This document shows positions 61,436-64,000 of a stretch of DNA of 64,000 bases, piece by piece. Within the stretch, counting starts at the first letter, position 1. Every line of letters starts with the position of its first letter. The stretch covers positions 89,218,001-89,282,000 of the forward strand of contig CM059435.1 of assembly GCA_030390025.1 (NCBI GenBank), in the 5' to 3' direction. The translations under genes and the position numbers were made by a program. The DNA is from Squalus acanthias. Its lineage: Eukaryota. Below the pieces are notes generated by a model, which had not been told where the DNA came from, made no database searches, and saw only the letters and a program-made list of their open reading frames with translations.

Positions 61436-62549
61436 ACTCCTTGACAGCAACGTTAGTACCATTGCTGTAACAAAATGCTCTTGGTGCATTCTGATGATGT
61501 TATGTCCTCTTCTGTGTCATGCCACGACTACACACCCCATCAGGTTAGTCTGCCTTAATTATATAATTTTTAAAACTTAATTTGAGGTATTTAAAAAAAA
61601 ACACATTATGTAATGTTTGCACCTATGGTACACATAGAAGGTATGCCAGGCCCACTTTGGAGACAATTGTTAAACCAAAAGTTGAACTAACCCAATAGCG
61701 AAACAGATGACTTACTGTGTTGCTTGAGTTATGTGGTTGAAGCAATTGTTGGGTAAATATTGATGTAGACTTTCAACGGGGGTTCCCTGGTCAGCCCGCT
61801 GATGGACAGAAACCCCGGAGAAATGGTGTTTCCACCAATTTTCCACTGAAGTTACAAAAGAACCCCTGTGAAATTCCAGGCGAGCCTATTTTATCCGTAT
61901 CTCCATGTATCCTTTGATCAAGTTGTTAGAATAAATTACTAAAAAAACATTTAGAAGCATCGATCAGACATGCAAGTGACCAACATCTACCAGCTTTGAA
62001 TCTGTCCTTAGTGCTGGACCCTTTACTGTGCCCAGGGAGTAGATTGTCAAACATGACTGAGTTCTACAGCAAAATTAAACACAAAACTATATACATTGTT
62101 TAAAAAAATAATAAGATTGAGACAAAGACAATATCAGTATTTGTTAAATATACAAAATGTTCAAGCTTTCTTCCTGCAGTTCATATTATGGCCTAAATCT
62201 CATCAATGCACAACATGCATAAAAAGAAATGCCTCACAGTCAACAGATCAATTGCTCCCTACCCGTTAATATTATAAATGTTTTTTGACGATCATATTGC
62301 TAAGTATTTCTCAAATTAAGAATATTTCATGGATAAAAGAATTGGCAATGTCTGGTCTCATGAGACTAATCTATGAGAAGTGAAATAAGTTTGAAGTGAG
62401 GTTGCTACTAGGACTCTGCGGTAGATTCCAATGTAGATGCACCAGTACAAAAGAACATGCTTTGTGTTTAGCGTTAGATAACATGCCAGATACAGCATTC
62501 AGGAGCTAACATCCAAGTTATAGCTATGTTCACTGAGAAAATGGCATTG

Positions 62550-62975
62550 CTAATTTTGAATGCAACTGGGTGCTTAGAACATTACCCTTTCACCTCTAGC
62601 ACCTGGCTCCAACCCAAATACAGACTAATGAGATTGATGTCGAGGGTCGTAAGTGAAATAAGTTTGGGATAGTCGCAATTGAATTCCCAAAAGATAACTG
62701 TCCATAGCACATAACTGACCATAATTCAACACTAACTGGGCAATCTCACTCAGGCAGACCATAAGGAAAGATTTTATGGGAAATCAGAATGTCATTCTGG
62801 TGCTCTTCTATCACCGAAGTTAAGATGTACATTGTTTGGCTAGCCTTGAAGGAGCCCTGACTTGCATCCAATCCATGCTGCACATGCCCTAGGGACATGT
62901 GCTGGTAGCAGAGAACACAATAACTGAAGAGTACTCTATTTCTCCATAATCAGTGTCCCTCAATTAAAAAAATGA
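62550..62975 (+). mobile_element. LF-SINE-like ancient SINE
   Basis: Ordered blocks cctttcacctctag, gtgaaataagtttgg, tgtccatagcaca, cactaactgggcaatctc, cacattg-like, ccatgctgcac and an A-tail, matching the recalled LF-SINE consensus. Confidence 0.6.
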
Positions 62976-64000
62976 AAAACACAGGGACTGTGTCTGATTG
63001 CTTGGATAAGAATGTAAACGGTAGTGGGGTTGCTGTATTCACATGTACTTCTATAGAAGTTGACTTCCAAGGACAATGGCCACATTCACAACTAGCTGGA
63101 GCCAAAGCCGGATTGCCTCAGGTAACCAGAGGTAAGTAAAAGTCCATTAAAGGCTTTTTTTCAGTTTCTCCAAGAAGATTTGTGCATTTACAATTTAGAA
63201 TATTGGGCAACAAATTTTGATTGGGCCTTTGGGCGGAAACCTAGTGGATCCATTGGAAGGAGGCCAGAAAATGGGGTGGAACCTGGTTCCACTGGGGCTC
63301 TCCCCTGTTTCGTCAGCTGAACCATTTTACGGTGGGGGAGGGGGGAGAGGACAAACCTTCCACCCTCTCTCCCTACGTCAAGATGCAGTGTCCGGTGGAG
63401 TTCCTGGGCTACCCCGGCAACTTCATCCAGTATGCCCTCAGCAGGCCTCAGGGAAACTGTTGCCAGTTGAGACCAGGCATGATTCACACTAAAGCCTCAG
63501 AATTTGTGAAGGTAATCAAGAGAATCAATTACCATCAGAAAATCTCCCCATAGCTCTCGAGTTAAAGATGTATATGTCTTACTTCCTCATTGGGCTCTTC
63601 CTGGGCCTTCTCTCATTTGGCGTAGTGGCATGGCAATTTTCTGGCATTCCTGCTGGCAATTTGGAACAGGCGACAATGTTGTGCCCGTACTGGTGCAATG
63701 CACTTGCACTAGATATGCAAATAACACCACTCCTGTAACTTGAAATATGGTGTGGGCCTCGTTGCTCAAAGCAACCCTGGGATTGTATATCATTATTTTT
63801 AATGCTGCTGCACCAATTGTTTAATGTTAGTATTCAAGCAGGAAGTTAAATTACTTTGGAGAGGGTGAGCTAGCAATTATAATTTTAGTGTTGTTCATAT
63901 TTTTAGAAATACACATGCAACTTCAATTTAAAAGTACCATATTGATAAGTGTATAGCCTTCCCCGGGGGATAGGCTCTACCCCATATATGAGCCCTCCCC

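Overview
Eukaryotic, repeat-dense, essentially non-genic (intronic or intergenic) DNA. It is most likely from a cartilaginous fish (inference from DeuSINE/SacSINE1-type SINEs, CR1/L2/RTE LINEs and Penelope-type repeats). No host protein-coding gene could be identified with confidence. The window is dominated by PIF/Harbinger DNA transposons. Two are complete but decayed two-gene elements (2563-6618, 11463-15372), each with a HARBI1-type DDE transposase convergent with a 3-exon Myb/SANT gene. There are at least five more transposase relics and several TIR-bounded MITEs with 3-bp TSDs. Many 5'-truncated CR1 and L2 LINEs, an RTE fragment, tRNA-derived SINEs and a probable solo LTR are nested among them. 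Most notable: (i) a ~750-bp Harbinger MITE family with covarying hairpins, NRF1/CCAAT/E-box motifs and a cluster of consensus splice donors; (ii) minimal hammerhead-ribozyme cores in ~150-bp Penelope-type insertions; (iii) both full-length Harbingers abut a CR1 3' tail; (iv) a three-level nest (hairpin element > Harbinger > solo LTR); (v) a near-identical 241-bp direct repeat around unique DNA; (vi) LF-SINE-like and UCON3-like ancient SINEs. All alignments were done by eye and family names come from recall, so both need database confirmation.
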